A stretch of 64,000 bases of DNA, taken from the NCBI GenBank assembly GCA_963775725.1, contig CAVZKA010000002.1, forward strand, positions 1,320,242 to 1,384,241, written 5' to 3'. A program made the translations under genes and the position numbers. Below are positions 50,831-61,547 of this stretch, one piece after another (within the stretch, counting starts at the first letter, position 1; each line of letters begins with the position of its first letter). This DNA is from an uncultured Acidobacteriota bacterium (GTDB taxonomy: Bacteria; Acidobacteriota; Thermoanaerobaculia; UBA5066; Gp7-AA6). Below the pieces are notes generated by a model. That model worked only from the letters and a program-made list of their open reading frames with translations. It ran no database searches and was not told the origin of the DNA.

Positions 50831-52896
50831 GCTCTCCTGAGCCCGTTTCCCCGGCGCGGCCCTCGCGGTTCGGCCGCTTCTTCTGGCGCGACCCCAACAC
50901 CCAGTTCCTGATCCTCGCGGCGGCCGCGGGCCTGCTCGGGGGCCTGGGCGCCATCGTCTTCCGGCTTCTGACGCGGCGCCTGACGCGGATGCTGATGGGA
51001 GCCGAGGACATCATCGTGGGCGCGAAGTCGCTCGCGCCGCTCGCGCGCGTTCTCCTGCCGGCGACGGGCGGCCTCGTCGGCGGATTGATCGCGTTCTTCT
51101 TCTTCGGCGAGAAGGGGCCGAGCGGGATCTCGCACATGATCGAAGTGGTCTCGCTCGGCCGCCGCACGGTGCGGCTGCGGCCGTCGCTCGCGCGGGGCGC
51201 GTCTTCGGTCGCCGTCATCGCGACGGGCGGGTCGGAGGGGCGCGAGGGGCCGATCATCCAGATCGGCGCGGCGTTCGCGTCGGCGCTGGCGCGTCGCTCG
51301 AAGGTCTCGCCCGAGCGCGTGCGGATCCTGACCGCGTGCGGCATGGCGGCGGGCGTCGCGGGCGCGTACAACACGCCCATCGCGGCGACGCTCTTCGTGC
51401 TCGAGGTCGTCGTCGGCTCCTTCTCGATGGCACTCTTCGGACCCGCGGTCGTTTCGGCCGTCGTCTCGACCATCGTCGTGCGCGCGGTCCTCGGCGACGA
51501 ACCGGTGTATCGCATGGCGCCCTTCCGGCCCGAGTCGCTCCTCGAGAGCCTGCCGTACGCGGCGATCGGATTGATCGGCGGCTGCGCATCGGCCTTCTTC
51601 GTGCGCGTGCTCTCGGCAGGGAAGAAGATCTTCAAGGCGACGGGCCTGCCCGTGTGGGCCACGATGGCGATCGGCGGCGCGCTCGTCGGGACGATCGCGA
51701 TCGGCATGCCCCAGGTCTACGGAAACGGGTTCGAAGCCACCAACGAGATCCTGCACGGCAACCCGACGCTGCTCTTCCTCGTCCTGCTGCTGCTCGCGAA
51801 AACCGTCTCCACGACGGCGTCGATCGGCTCGGGGGGCGTGGGCGGAGTCTTCACGCCGTCGCTCTTGATCGGCGCGGCCATCGGCGGCGCCGTCGCCAAA
51901 ATCGTTCAGATCGCGCTGCCGCACCTCGCGGCCCCCGTCGGGGGCTACGCGCTGCTCGGCATGGGCGGGATGCTGGCGGGCATGACGCGGGCGCCGCTGC
52001 TCGCCGTGATCATGATCTTCGAGCTGACGCAGAACACGGCGGTCCTGCTTCCCATGATGGTCGTGTCGGTCCTCGCGGTGGCGGCGGCGCGGATCTTCCA
52101 GAAGGAGTCGATGTACATCGAGAGCCTGCGCTCGGCCGGCATCGTCTGGGAGAAGACGGCCGAGGCGACGGCGCTCGCGAGCCTCAAGGTCTCGGACATC
52201 ATGCGGCGCGACGTCGCCCTCATTCCGCGCACGACGACGCTGCCCGAGATCGTGTCGGCGTTTCTGCGCTCACGGAGCCTTTTCCTCTACATCGGCGACG
52301 CGGAGGGCCGGCTCGAGGGTGCGGTGGACATCCACAACATCAAGGAGTCGTTCACGGAGAGCGAGCTCTCGGCGGTCGTGATCGCGGCGGACCTCATGAC
52401 CGAGATTCCGTTCGTGACTCCGGCGGAGCCGCTGACGTCGGTGAACGAGAAGCTCTGGTTTCGCGACATGGGGCAGCTGCCCGTGGTCGACTCGCAAGAG
52501 GGGCGCAAGTTCCTCGGCGTCGTCACGCAGCGCGACCTGCTCGGCGCCTTCGACGCCGAGGTCTTGAAGCGCAACCGCCTGCTCGCCCGCGTGCGCACGG
52601 TCGGCGAGGCGGGGGAGGTGGACTACCTCGAGCTGCCCGAGAAGCACCGGCTCGTCGAGGTCGACGTGCCGGCCTCGATCGAAGGCCTGACGGTCGCGGA
52701 GGCGGCCCTGCGTTCGCGTTACGGCGTTTCGGTGCTCGCCGTGAAGCGGCTCACGAAGCAGGGGTTCGAGAGGCGCTTCGTCCCCGAACCCTCGGACCGC
52801 TTCGAGCGCGGCGACGTGCTCGTCGTCCTCGGCAGCGAGGAAGCCATCGCCCGCATCCGCGACGCGTCGCCCCTGCCGCTGCTCGCCGGCTCCTGA
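50827..52896 (+). CDS. ClC chloride channel/antiporter with CBS pair and TrkA-C (RCK_C) domain
   Basis: PSGIS, GREGP, GGVFTP, SMY; CBS motifs (DIMRR, LPVVD); C-terminal GVSVLAVKR...P..SDRFERGDVLVVLG. Confidence 0.9.
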   Translation: MSSPEPVSPARPSRFGRFFWRDPNTQFLILAAAAGLLGGLGAIVFRLLTRRLTRMLMGAEDIIVGAKSLAPLARVLLPATGGLVGGLIAFFFFGEKGPSGISHMIEVVSLGRRTVRLRPSLARGASSVAVIATGGSEGREGPIIQIGAAFASALARRSKVSPERVRILTACGMAAGVAGAYNTPIAATLFVLEVVVGSFSMALFGPAVVSAVVSTIVVRAVLGDEPVYRMAPFRPESLLESLPYAAIGLIGGCASAFFVRVLSAGKKIFKATGLPVWATMAIGGALVGTIAIGMPQVYGNGFEATNEILHGNPTLLFLVLLLLAKTVSTTASIGSGGVGGVFTPSLLIGAAIGGAVAKIVQIALPHLAAPVGGYALLGMGGMLAGMTRAPLLAVIMIFELTQNTAVLLPMMVVSVLAVAAARIFQKESMYIESLRSAGIVWEKTAEATALASLKVSDIMRRDVALIPRTTTLPEIVSAFLRSRSLFLYIGDAEGRLEGAVDIHNIKESFTESELSAVVIAADLMTEIPFVTPAEPLTSVNEKLWFRDMGQLPVVDSQEGRKFLGVVTQRDLLGAFDAEVLKRNRLLARVRTVGEAGEVDYLELPEKHRLVEVDVPASIEGLTVAEAALRSRYGVSVLAVKRLTKQGFERRFVPEPSDRFERGDVLVVLGSEEAIARIRDASPLPLLAGS

Positions 52897-52946
52897 CCGG
52901 CGCGTCGGCCTACCCCGGGCCCGCCGCGCGGTGCTATCCTGACGGC

Positions 52947-54296
52947 ATCCTGGACAAAGACCGTCAGGCCCTGTTGGCCAAGGAAAAGCAGAGCGAGCTG
53001 GTCGCGCTTCGCGGCAAGTGGTTCAAGGAACGCACGCGCCTGTACGACCGCGAGACGGGCCTGCCCACGGTCGCCGTCCTCGTCGACGACCTCAAGAAGC
53101 AGCTCGCGGAGCTCGGCAGCATTTCCGTGCTGGTCTTCCGCCCGAGCTCCGAGGGCGCCGTCGAAGAGGTCTGGGGCTGGGAGGCGTACGACGACCTCCT
53201 CCTCGACTTCGTGCGGCGCCTGAAGGCCTTCCAGACGGACGGCATCGTCCCGGGCGGGACGCTGTGCCTCCCGTACGTGCGCTCGGACGAGATCATCCTC
53301 TTCATCAACGCGGACGGCGGCGGCATGGTCGAGGGACCGACCGCGCTCGGGCAGAAGGCGGCGGAGCTCGACCAGCTGATCCGCGGGTACCTCGCCGAGC
53401 GCGCGGACGTTTCGGCGCGCTTCCGCTCGTTCGTGGGCTCCTCGCGGATCATGAAGGATCCGAAGCACCGCATCGAGCGGCTGCTCTACCGCGGCGTCCA
53501 GGACGCGCGCGACCAGGTCACCCGAAAGACCGTGCGCGCCGAGATCCGCGGGGGACAGCTGCTGCAGGACGTGATCTCGCGGCAGGACATCCGGCCGGTC
53601 TTCCAGCCGGTCTTCGACCTCGCGACCGGAAACATGATCGGGATGGAGGCCCTGTCGCGGGGCCCGCGCGGCAGCGAGTTCGAGAGCGGCGAGTCGCTCT
53701 TTTCGCTCGCCGACCGCACGGAGCTGCTGCTGCCGCTCGAGCGCGTTTGCCGCCAGCGCGCGCTCGAGGCCGCCGCCCACGCAAATCCGAAGCGCCAGAT
53801 CTTCATGAACCTTTCGCCGGCGGCCGCCTCCGACCCCGAGTTCCTCGGGCCCGTGTTCCGCGACCAGGTGCGCTCCCTCGGTCTCGAGCCCGACCGCATC
53901 GTGCTGGAAATCACCGAGCGCACCTACGCCGTCTACGAGGGCCTCTTCCGCGAGGTCCTGTCCAAGTTCCGCTCGCAGAACTTCCGCATCGCGGTCGACG
54001 ACGTCGGCACCGGCTACTCGAACCTCTCGTCGCTCGCCGACATCGAGCCGGACTACCTCAAGTTCGACAACGTCTTCGTGCGCGGCATCGACCGCAAACA
54101 GGTCAAGCAGGACCTGCTCGAGGCGCTCATGAGCTTTGCGCGCAAGATGCACACGAAGGTCATCGCGGAGGGGATCGAGACCCGCGAGGAGCTGCGCGTG
54201 CTCCAGTCCCTCGGCGTCCCCTACGGACAGGGCTTCCTGCTTGCGCGCCCGATGCCCGTCGAGGAAATCGAGCGCTTCGCCTCCATCGCGATCTAG
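52947..54296 (+). CDS. EAL phosphodiesterase with degenerate GGDEF N-terminus (start uncertain)
   Basis: YDRETGLP and RSDE remnants; EALSR, FMNLS, EITE, DDVGTGYS, YLKFD, AEGIE, QG intact. Confidence 0.88.
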   Translation: MLDKDRQALLAKEKQSELVALRGKWFKERTRLYDRETGLPTVAVLVDDLKKQLAELGSISVLVFRPSSEGAVEEVWGWEAYDDLLLDFVRRLKAFQTDGIVPGGTLCLPYVRSDEIILFINADGGGMVEGPTALGQKAAELDQLIRGYLAERADVSARFRSFVGSSRIMKDPKHRIERLLYRGVQDARDQVTRKTVRAEIRGGQLLQDVISRQDIRPVFQPVFDLATGNMIGMEALSRGPRGSEFESGESLFSLADRTELLLPLERVCRQRALEAAAHANPKRQIFMNLSPAAASDPEFLGPVFRDQVRSLGLEPDRIVLEITERTYAVYEGLFREVLSKFRSQNFRIAVDDVGTGYSNLSSLADIEPDYLKFDNVFVRGIDRKQVKQDLLEALMSFARKMHTKVIAEGIETREELRVLQSLGVPYGQGFLLARPMPVEEIERFASIAI

Positions 54297-54312
54297 CGGG
54301 AATCGGCGCCCG

Positions 54313-54678
54313 TCATTGGCTCGGGTTCCCCGGATCGCCCGGCGGCACGAGGATGAGGGGCGGCAGGTTCACCATCGCGCCCGCAATCACGACCGCGGGC
54401 AGCGGCTTCGGGGCCGTAAAGCCGCTGAACGTGGTGATCAGGACGTATTTGCCGACCGGCACGTCCTGAACGCTGTACGAGCCGTCGGCGCCCGTCAAGA
54501 CCGTCTGGACGAGCCTGCCCTCTTCCGTCTGGAGCGAGACGGTAATTCCCGGAAGGCGGTTTCCGTTGCCGTCGATGGCGACGCCCCGCACCGAGCCCGT
54601 CTGGACCGAAGTGCTCGCGCAGGAGAGCGTGAAGGAAAGAATGGCGGCCAGGCCGGGCCACCGCGTCGAGTTTCTCAT
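54313..54678 (-). CDS. Lipoprotein with carboxypeptidase-regulatory-like domain
   Basis: Lipobox LS-C; GSVRGVAID..G.RLPG.TV...T.ADGSY....VPVGKY. Confidence 0.8.
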   Translation of the reverse strand: MRNSTRWPGLAAILSFTLSCASTSVQTGSVRGVAIDGNGNRLPGITVSLQTEEGRLVQTVLTGADGSYSVQDVPVGKYVLITTFSGFTAPKPLPAVVIAGAMVNLPPLILVPPGDPGNPSQ

Positions 54679-54682
54679 CGGG

Positions 54683-56437
54683 TCAGTACCTCCAGCTCGT
54701 GACGTCGCCGCCCTTCGGCGCCGTCTTCAGTATGCGCTCCACGATCTTCGGCGCGAAGAACTGGTGGTACCGCAGGCGCGATGTGGCGTTCGGGCGCGTG
54801 TGGTCGCCGTTCCAGCAGTGCTCGGCGCGGGGCTCGTAGTCGATCGTGCCGCCGTAGTAGGGGTTCTTCGTGCTCTTGAGAAAGTCCTCGGCGAGATACA
54901 CGGCGTTGTTCAGGTAGTAGTTGTCGGCCTCGCCGACGTAGATGTGGAGCTTGCCTTCGAGCTTCGTCCCGAGGCCCTTGTCCCAGTTGCGGCGCAGGAT
55001 GTCGACGAGGTCGAAGTGCTCCTTCCAGTGCGCGGCGACCTGCTTGTCGATGACGCCGGTGCGCTTGTCCCAGATCCGCTGCGGGTAGCCGTCGGCGCCG
55101 ACGGGGGAGTAGACCGCCTCCCAGATGTCCCACTGCCCGCCCGAGCGGCTCTTCGTGCCGAGGACGAGCTCGAGCCGGCTGGTCTGCTCGATGGTCGACT
55201 GGAGGTGGCCCAGGTAGTCGCGATGTGCGGGCGTCGCGACCTCCCCCCACGGCCCGTCCCAGTGGTAGGCGTTCCTGTCCTCGTAGAGGTTCACGACCGT
55301 GTACTGGCGGAAGTCGATCGGATCCGGGCACGCCGCCCACGCGCCGTTGTACTCGTCGGGGTAGAGGATCTGCGCGCCGAGGGCCTCCCATCCGCCGGTC
55401 GAGCCGCCGTACATGAAGCGCGCCCATCCCGCGCCGATCGCGCGGTACTTCTTCTCGAGGTACGGGATGAGCTCGTAGGTGATCGCATCGCCGTAGGGCC
55501 CGAGGTTCTGCGAGTTCACCGCGTACGAGTCGTCGTAGTAGGGGTTGGCGTGCTGGATCTCGACGATCAGATAGCGCGGGTAGCCGGGCCCCGTCCAGTC
55601 CTTGAAGAACTGGTACGCGTGCTCTTGCTCGATGCGGTTGTAGCCCTCGACGTGGAAGCGCTCGGAGTAGACGGGCTTCAAGTCCGGATCGGGCGGCGTC
55701 TGCCGGAAACCGCCGATCGTGTCGGGGAAGTGCCCGTGGTTGATCACGAGCGGGTAGCGCGCGTCCGGATGCGCGTCGAAGCCCTCGGGCACGAGGATGT
55801 GGGCGCCGAGGTACATGGGGCGGCCCCAGAACTTCGAGAGCCTTTCCGAGAGGATCCGCTCGTGCCGCACGTACGTCGTCGTCGGCGGGTCGGGGATCGG
55901 CGGGATGACCTGGTCGAGCTCGATCGAGAACGTCGCGGCCTTTCCGGCCTCGATCGTGATCTCGCGCGGTGTCGAGTAGAGGTTGCCCGGCGCCTTGCTC
56001 CATTGCTGCCCCTCGCCGCGGTCCATGGGGAGCTTCACGACGTGCCCGTCGGCCCGATGGAACGTCTCGTAGCGGTGGAGCAGTGCCTGGACCTGGTACG
56101 TCCCGGGCGGGATCGCCGCGAGGCTCTCGACCGGATACCCCAGCACGTCGCCGGCGACGACGAGGGGCTCGCCCGCCTTCCATCCGTCGGCATCCACACC
56201 GAAGATCTGCTGCGTCCTCAGGATCGAGTCGCTCACCTGCGTGCGCGGCTCGGCGGTCTTGTCCTTGGAGAGAATAAGAAGGAGGCGGCCGTCGAGCGGC
56301 TCGATGCTCTTGTCGGTCTTGTAGGTGACGGAAAACCGAAGGCCCGGGGACGCCGAAGATGGAGCGAACCCGGCGATGGCGGTCAGAGCGAGCGCGCCGG
56401 GTCCGAGTAGAAATCCGAGGGCCTGCGGAAGCCGCAC
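54683..56437 (-). CDS. Secreted alpha/beta-hydrolase (putative esterase)
   Basis: Signal peptide; GGSTGG nucleophile elbow; YVGEADNY and EH; GGAGG RBS before GTG. Confidence 0.8.
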   Translation of the reverse strand: MRLPQALGFLLGPGALALTAIAGFAPSSASPGLRFSVTYKTDKSIEPLDGRLLLILSKDKTAEPRTQVSDSILRTQQIFGVDADGWKAGEPLVVAGDVLGYPVESLAAIPPGTYQVQALLHRYETFHRADGHVVKLPMDRGEGQQWSKAPGNLYSTPREITIEAGKAATFSIELDQVIPPIPDPPTTTYVRHERILSERLSKFWGRPMYLGAHILVPEGFDAHPDARYPLVINHGHFPDTIGGFRQTPPDPDLKPVYSERFHVEGYNRIEQEHAYQFFKDWTGPGYPRYLIVEIQHANPYYDDSYAVNSQNLGPYGDAITYELIPYLEKKYRAIGAGWARFMYGGSTGGWEALGAQILYPDEYNGAWAACPDPIDFRQYTVVNLYEDRNAYHWDGPWGEVATPAHRDYLGHLQSTIEQTSRLELVLGTKSRSGGQWDIWEAVYSPVGADGYPQRIWDKRTGVIDKQVAAHWKEHFDLVDILRRNWDKGLGTKLEGKLHIYVGEADNYYLNNAVYLAEDFLKSTKNPYYGGTIDYEPRAEHCWNGDHTRPNATSRLRYHQFFAPKIVERILKTAPKGGDVTSWRY

Positions 56438-56530
56438 CGCCACCTCCTGCGTTGCGGGAAGAATACAGGAGGGGGTTGCGTGCAAGAGGGCGCGGGGCGG
56501 CGGCCCGCCCCGCGCTTCGGTCCGCGAGAG

Positions 56531-56899
56531 CTACTCCCAGTACGGAGCGACGTTGTAGAAGCCCAGGACCTCCTGCTGCCAGGTCCTGTCCGCGACGTCG
56601 GGCCAATGGTCTTTGTCGAACCCCGGCGCCTGTTTGAGGCGCTCCTTGGGGACGTTGAGGATGAAGACGTGCTCGATCATGTCGAGGTTCATGGCCGCCC
56701 AGGGCACCGCGAACAGCTTGTCCCCCATCCCGAGGAAGCCGCCGAACGACAGGACGGCATAGGCGACCCGTCCTGTTCGCAGGTCGAGCATGAAGTCTTC
56801 GATCGTGCCCAGGTCCTCCTTGCGGTCGTTCTTGACGGAATTGCCGATCAGCGTCTTGGCCGTCAGCGTGTTTCGCTCGATCGTGTGCGTGGGTGCCAT
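56531..56899 (-). CDS. PRC-barrel domain protein
   Basis: LIGNSVKN...LGTIEDFMLD...GRVAYAVLSFGGFLGMGDKLFAVPW; GGAGG RBS. Confidence 0.92.
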   Translation of the reverse strand: MAPTHTIERNTLTAKTLIGNSVKNDRKEDLGTIEDFMLDLRTGRVAYAVLSFGGFLGMGDKLFAVPWAAMNLDMIEHVFILNVPKERLKQAPGFDKDHWPDVADRTWQQEVLGFYNVAPYWE

Positions 56900-57059
56900 G
56901 GAACCTCCTTGAAGCTTGAAGCGAACCCCGGTTTCCGGCGCGAACCATTCGCGCCCGCGAAAAGACCTAGCAAGAGTTGAGCCACCCTCGCGGATGGCGC
57001 GAATCTTGAAAGAGCGAGCGCCGTCGGGTTGTTCCGAGCGAGGCACGGAGGTTCGAACC

Positions 57060-57305
57060 ATGATGACGGAAGACTTCACGAAGCTGCCCGTGGGCTCGCT
57101 CGTCTCCTGCGCGAGACCGATCGTTCTGTGTCCGTTGTGCGGCCGATGCGGGGCGCTCGAAATCCAGGAGGCGGGGCCGCGGCGATGCGTTCACGTGGAA
57201 GCCTCCGTGATCGATTGGGACGGGCTTCGGGTGGATGCTCGGGATCTCTGCGAATGGGTCGGGGCGGACCGCGGCGTGCCGGCGGAAAGGTCCGTGGAAC
57301 TCTAG
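57060..57305 (+). CDS. Small Cys-rich hypothetical protein
   Basis: GGAGG RBS before ATG; CPLCGRC motif. Confidence 0.45.
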   Translation: MMTEDFTKLPVGSLVSCARPIVLCPLCGRCGALEIQEAGPRRCVHVEASVIDWDGLRVDARDLCEWVGADRGVPAERSVEL

Positions 57306-57358
57306 ATCCAGGGCCCGGAACCCTCTTCGGGATCCGGCGCAGGAAGGACGGATGACCC

Positions 57359-57877
57359 ATGGCGCCGAAGCGAGACCCCGAATCGGGCGAGACGCTCGGA
57401 CACAAGCCGGCCAGCGAGTCGCGGCTCTGGATCGCGCGCGCCTTCACCGTCGTGGAAGACATCGTGTACATCAGCCTCGGCCTGCTTCTGACAGGAACCG
57501 CCTTCGCGCTGCTCGTCACGGGCGCGGCGGCGTTCGGGCGGAGCGTGCTCGGAGGGGCGCCGCCCCAGGCGTTCGTGGCCGTGCTCGATCAGATTCTCCT
57601 CGTCCTGCTGGTCATCGAGCTCCTGTACACGGTGAAGGTTTCCTTCCGCGAACACTCGCTGGTTCCGGAGCCCTTTCTCATCGTGGGCCTGATCGCCGTG
57701 ACGCGCCGCGTCCTGGTGATCACCGCCGAGCTGTCATCGCTCCTCGAGAAGGGCGACGAGACCCTGTTCCGCCACGCGATGCTGGAGCTCGGTCTGCTGA
57801 CCGTCATGGTCGTCGCCTTCGTGGGCTCGTTGTGGATGCTCCGGAAACGCAGCGCGACGCCGATACCGGCACGCTGA
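57359..57877 (+). CDS. PsiE-family membrane protein
   Basis: VEDIVY, LDQILLVLLVIELLYTV, EPFLIVGLIAVTRRVL. Confidence 0.88.
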   Translation: MAPKRDPESGETLGHKPASESRLWIARAFTVVEDIVYISLGLLLTGTAFALLVTGAAAFGRSVLGGAPPQAFVAVLDQILLVLLVIELLYTVKVSFREHSLVPEPFLIVGLIAVTRRVLVITAELSSLLEKGDETLFRHAMLELGLLTVMVVAFVGSLWMLRKRSATPIPAR

Positions 57878-57921
57878 ACGTCAGCTCGCCGTCCGAAAAT
57901 CGAGGGACAATGAGGGAGGCC

Positions 57922-57996
57922 GGGAGGTTAGCTCAGCGGTAGAGCGGCTGCTTTACACGCAGTTGGTCGGGGGTTCGATCCCCTCACCTCCCACCA
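57922..57996 (+). tRNA. tRNA-Val(TAC)
   Basis: GGGAGGTTAGCTCAGCGGTAGAGCGGCTGCTTTACACGCAGTTGGTCGGGGGTTCGATCCCCTCACCTCCCACCA cloverleaf. Confidence 0.96.
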
Positions 57997-58110
57997 ACCG
58001 TCGCCCTTCGCGCGTCGCGCTGGTGCGCGATCGCTTCGGGCTCCTGCATCGCGGACCTCCTCCCTCCCTTCGGTCGGGAGACTATCCGCGATGCGAGCGG
58101 TTGGACCGGC
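57997..58110. repeat. Structured REP-like element after tRNA-Val
   Basis: GCATCGCGGA/TCCGCGATGC 10-bp stem enclosing CTCCC...GGGAG. Confidence 0.4.
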
Positions 58111-58159
58111 GTGGCGGGATCCGACCGCCTCCCTAACGTCCGATCTGCGGACATAATCT

Positions 58160-58723
58160 ATGTCCATGATCCCTCCTTCCTACAAGCCCCGAAAGAAGTT
58201 CATGGAGCTGGCCGTCTCGGAGGCAAAACGCGCCCGTGACCGAGGCGACTATCCCATCGGCGCGGTCGTCACTCGCCTCACGAGGGCGGGAGAAGTGGTC
58301 ATCGCCAGCGCCGGAAACCGGGTGAAGACCTCGGGATCGAGCATCAAGCACGTGGAGTTGGAAACGCTCAAGTACGTGTCGAGCGGCTACGGCCGTTACC
58401 TGCCGGACTTCGTCCTCTACTCCACGCACGAGCCCTGCGCCATGTGCGCCGGTGCATGCGTGTGGTCCAGGATCGGGGCCGTCGTCTACGGCGTCTCCCA
58501 GGAAGACATCGCCGACTATGGCCGCGCGCGCGGAACCGAAGACTACAAGTGGCGAGCGTGTCTCATCTCCTGCCGGTTCGTTTTCGAGAAGGGCAATCAC
58601 CGGATCCCGGTCATCGGCGGTTTTCTCCGACAGGAATGCCAGAAGCTGTTCGGTTATAGATCTGGTCGTGTCGGAAATGATCCGGCGACGGCGGGGTCCG
58701 GGGCTCCCAGGGGGAAGGTATGA
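58160..58723 (+). CDS. TadA-like nucleoside deaminase
   Basis: FMELAVSEA, PIGAVV, KHVE and EPCAMC zinc motifs, VVYG. Confidence 0.85.
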   Translation: MSMIPPSYKPRKKFMELAVSEAKRARDRGDYPIGAVVTRLTRAGEVVIASAGNRVKTSGSSIKHVELETLKYVSSGYGRYLPDFVLYSTHEPCAMCAGACVWSRIGAVVYGVSQEDIADYGRARGTEDYKWRACLISCRFVFEKGNHRIPVIGGFLRQECQKLFGYRSGRVGNDPATAGSGAPRGKV

Positions 58724-59163
58724 ATGACGCACGCGTTCGCCAAGCCCTGGCTCCGGTCGCGACGATCCTGATTCGCATCCTCGTCGGCTGGGTCTTCGTC
58801 TCGGAGGGCGTTCAGAAGTTCCTCTTCCCGGACGCCCTCGGCGTGGGGCGCTTCGCCAAGATCGGCATTCCGAATCCAGCGCTCACGGCTCCCTTCGTGG
58901 GCGGCGTCGAGATCGTGTGCGGCCTTCTCCTGCTTCTCGGCCTCGGGACGAGGCTTGCAACGATCCCGGTGTTGATCAGCATGTCCGTCGCGATCGTCAC
59001 GACGAAGGTCCCGATGCTCTCGGCGCAGGGCTTCTGGCCGGCCGCCCACGAATCCCGCACGGACGTTTCGATGCTGCTCGGGTTGTTGTTTCTCCTGCTC
59101 GTCGGCGCGGGGCCATGGTCGCTCGACGCCGTCGTCGCGAGACGCCGCGAGGGCGCTGCCTAG
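58720..59163 (+). CDS. DoxX family membrane protein
   Basis: LIRILVGWVFVSEGVQKF, EIVCGLLLLLGL, GAGPWSLD; ATGA overlap with the deaminase. Confidence 0.9.
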   Translation: MNDARVRQALAPVATILIRILVGWVFVSEGVQKFLFPDALGVGRFAKIGIPNPALTAPFVGGVEIVCGLLLLLGLGTRLATIPVLISMSVAIVTTKVPMLSAQGFWPAAHESRTDVSMLLGLLFLLLVGAGPWSLDAVVARRREGAA

Positions 59164-59650
59164 CCGCCGATGGCCCTCGTCATCTGCTCGAGGCGCAGCC
59201 GGTCGAGCGAGGCGATGGGGAGGGCCGTGAAGAGCCCGAGGCGGCGATAGATCTCGACGGCGACTTTCCTGACCGCCAGGCGCTTCTGCTCTTCGTTCCC
59301 GTCCACGCCGTCCGGGTCCTCGGATCCCCAGTGCGCCACGATGGGCTGACCCGGCCAGACGGGGCAGGACTCGCGGGCGTTGTCGCAGACGGTGATGACG
59401 AAGTCGAACTTCACGCCGCGGTATTCGTCCCACGACTTGCTGCGCGCGCCGGAGGCGTCGATGTGGTACCCGTCCCTCAGGAGCTCGAGGACGTGGGGAT
59501 TGACGCGGCCCCTGGGATTGGCCCCCGCGCTGAAGGCTTCGAAGTGGGCGGGGTCGAGCCGCCCCAGGAAGTATTCCGCGAGGATGCTCCTTGCCGAATT
59601 CCCGGTGCACAGGAAGAGGACCTTGAACTTCTTCGCCTGCGAGGGCTCCG

Positions 59651-59654
<4 letters not shown>
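59160..59654 (-). CDS. arsC: Arsenate reductase, LMW-PTP type
   Basis: VLFLCTGNSARS, ITVCDNARESCP, HW..EDP. Confidence 0.92.
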
Positions 59655-60751
<1,097 letters not shown>

Positions 60752-60764
60752 GATGAGATCCCGT

Positions 60765-61178
60765 TCAGCGGGCGCAGCACGCCGTTTGCCCCTCTCGCGA
60801 GGCGTGCTCGACGTCCTCGAGGACCGTGTAGACCTCCCAGCGGTTTCCGTCCGGGTCGGTGAGCCAGAACTTGTCCTGGAGGGCGTAGCAGCAGTCTTCC
60901 CGCTTTTCCTCCTCGGAGACGACGCCGCGCGCCTTCAGGTCGCTGCGCCAGCGGCGGACCTCTTCGGTGGATTCGACGCGGATGCCGAGGTGCGAGAGGG
61001 CGCCCGCGCCGGGGGAGTGGAGCCCGGGCTGCAGGGCGAGGTGGATCTCCGGCTCGGCGCCGACGAACTTGGCATAGTCGGATCTGAGCTTCTTCGGCTC
61101 GCCGAACAACCCCTGGTAGAACGCGACCGACCGGGAAAGATCCGAGACGTTGAGGGAGATGTGGACCGCGGACGGCAT
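60765..61178 (-). CDS. arsI: ArsI/CadI-family VOC protein (putative C-As lyase)
   Basis: HISLNV, SHLG, DCCYALQDKFWLTDPDGNRWE; GGAGG RBS. Confidence 0.8.
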   Translation of the reverse strand: MPSAVHISLNVSDLSRSVAFYQGLFGEPKKLRSDYAKFVGAEPEIHLALQPGLHSPGAGALSHLGIRVESTEEVRRWRSDLKARGVVSEEEKREDCCYALQDKFWLTDPDGNRWEVYTVLEDVEHASREGQTACCAR

Positions 61179-61231
61179 GGTGACCTCCATATCGATTGAT
61201 CGAGAAACGTTTATGAGTCGGGCCAATTTTT

Positions 61232-61540
61232 TTAGACTGCCTTTGCCAGCGCGTCCGCCAGGCCCGCGATCGCGGCCTCGTTGCGCGCGTAAAACATCCA
61301 GCGCCCGCGTTTCTCCGCCGTGACCAGGCCGGCCCGCCGGAGCAGGCTCATGTGGTGCGAGGTCGCCGCCTGCGAGAGGCCGATTGCCTGCTCGATGTCG
61401 CAGGCGCAGAGGCCCCGCTCGCTCCGGGCGATCAGCTCGCAGCAGGACTGGCCCTTCGCCCTGAGCAGCTCGAGGATGCGCAGGCGCGTGGGATCGCCGA
61501 GGGCCTTGAAGCCGAGCACGAAGTCCGCTCGTTCCGACAT
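61232..61540 (-). CDS. arsR: ArsR/SmtB transcriptional repressor
   Basis: FKALGDPTRLRIL, SCC, LCACD, SQAATSHH...L. Confidence 0.92.
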   Translation of the reverse strand: MSERADFVLGFKALGDPTRLRILELLRAKGQSCCELIARSERGLCACDIEQAIGLSQAATSHHMSLLRRAGLVTAEKRGRWMFYARNEAAIAGLADALAKAV

Positions 61541-61547
61541 ATCGACG

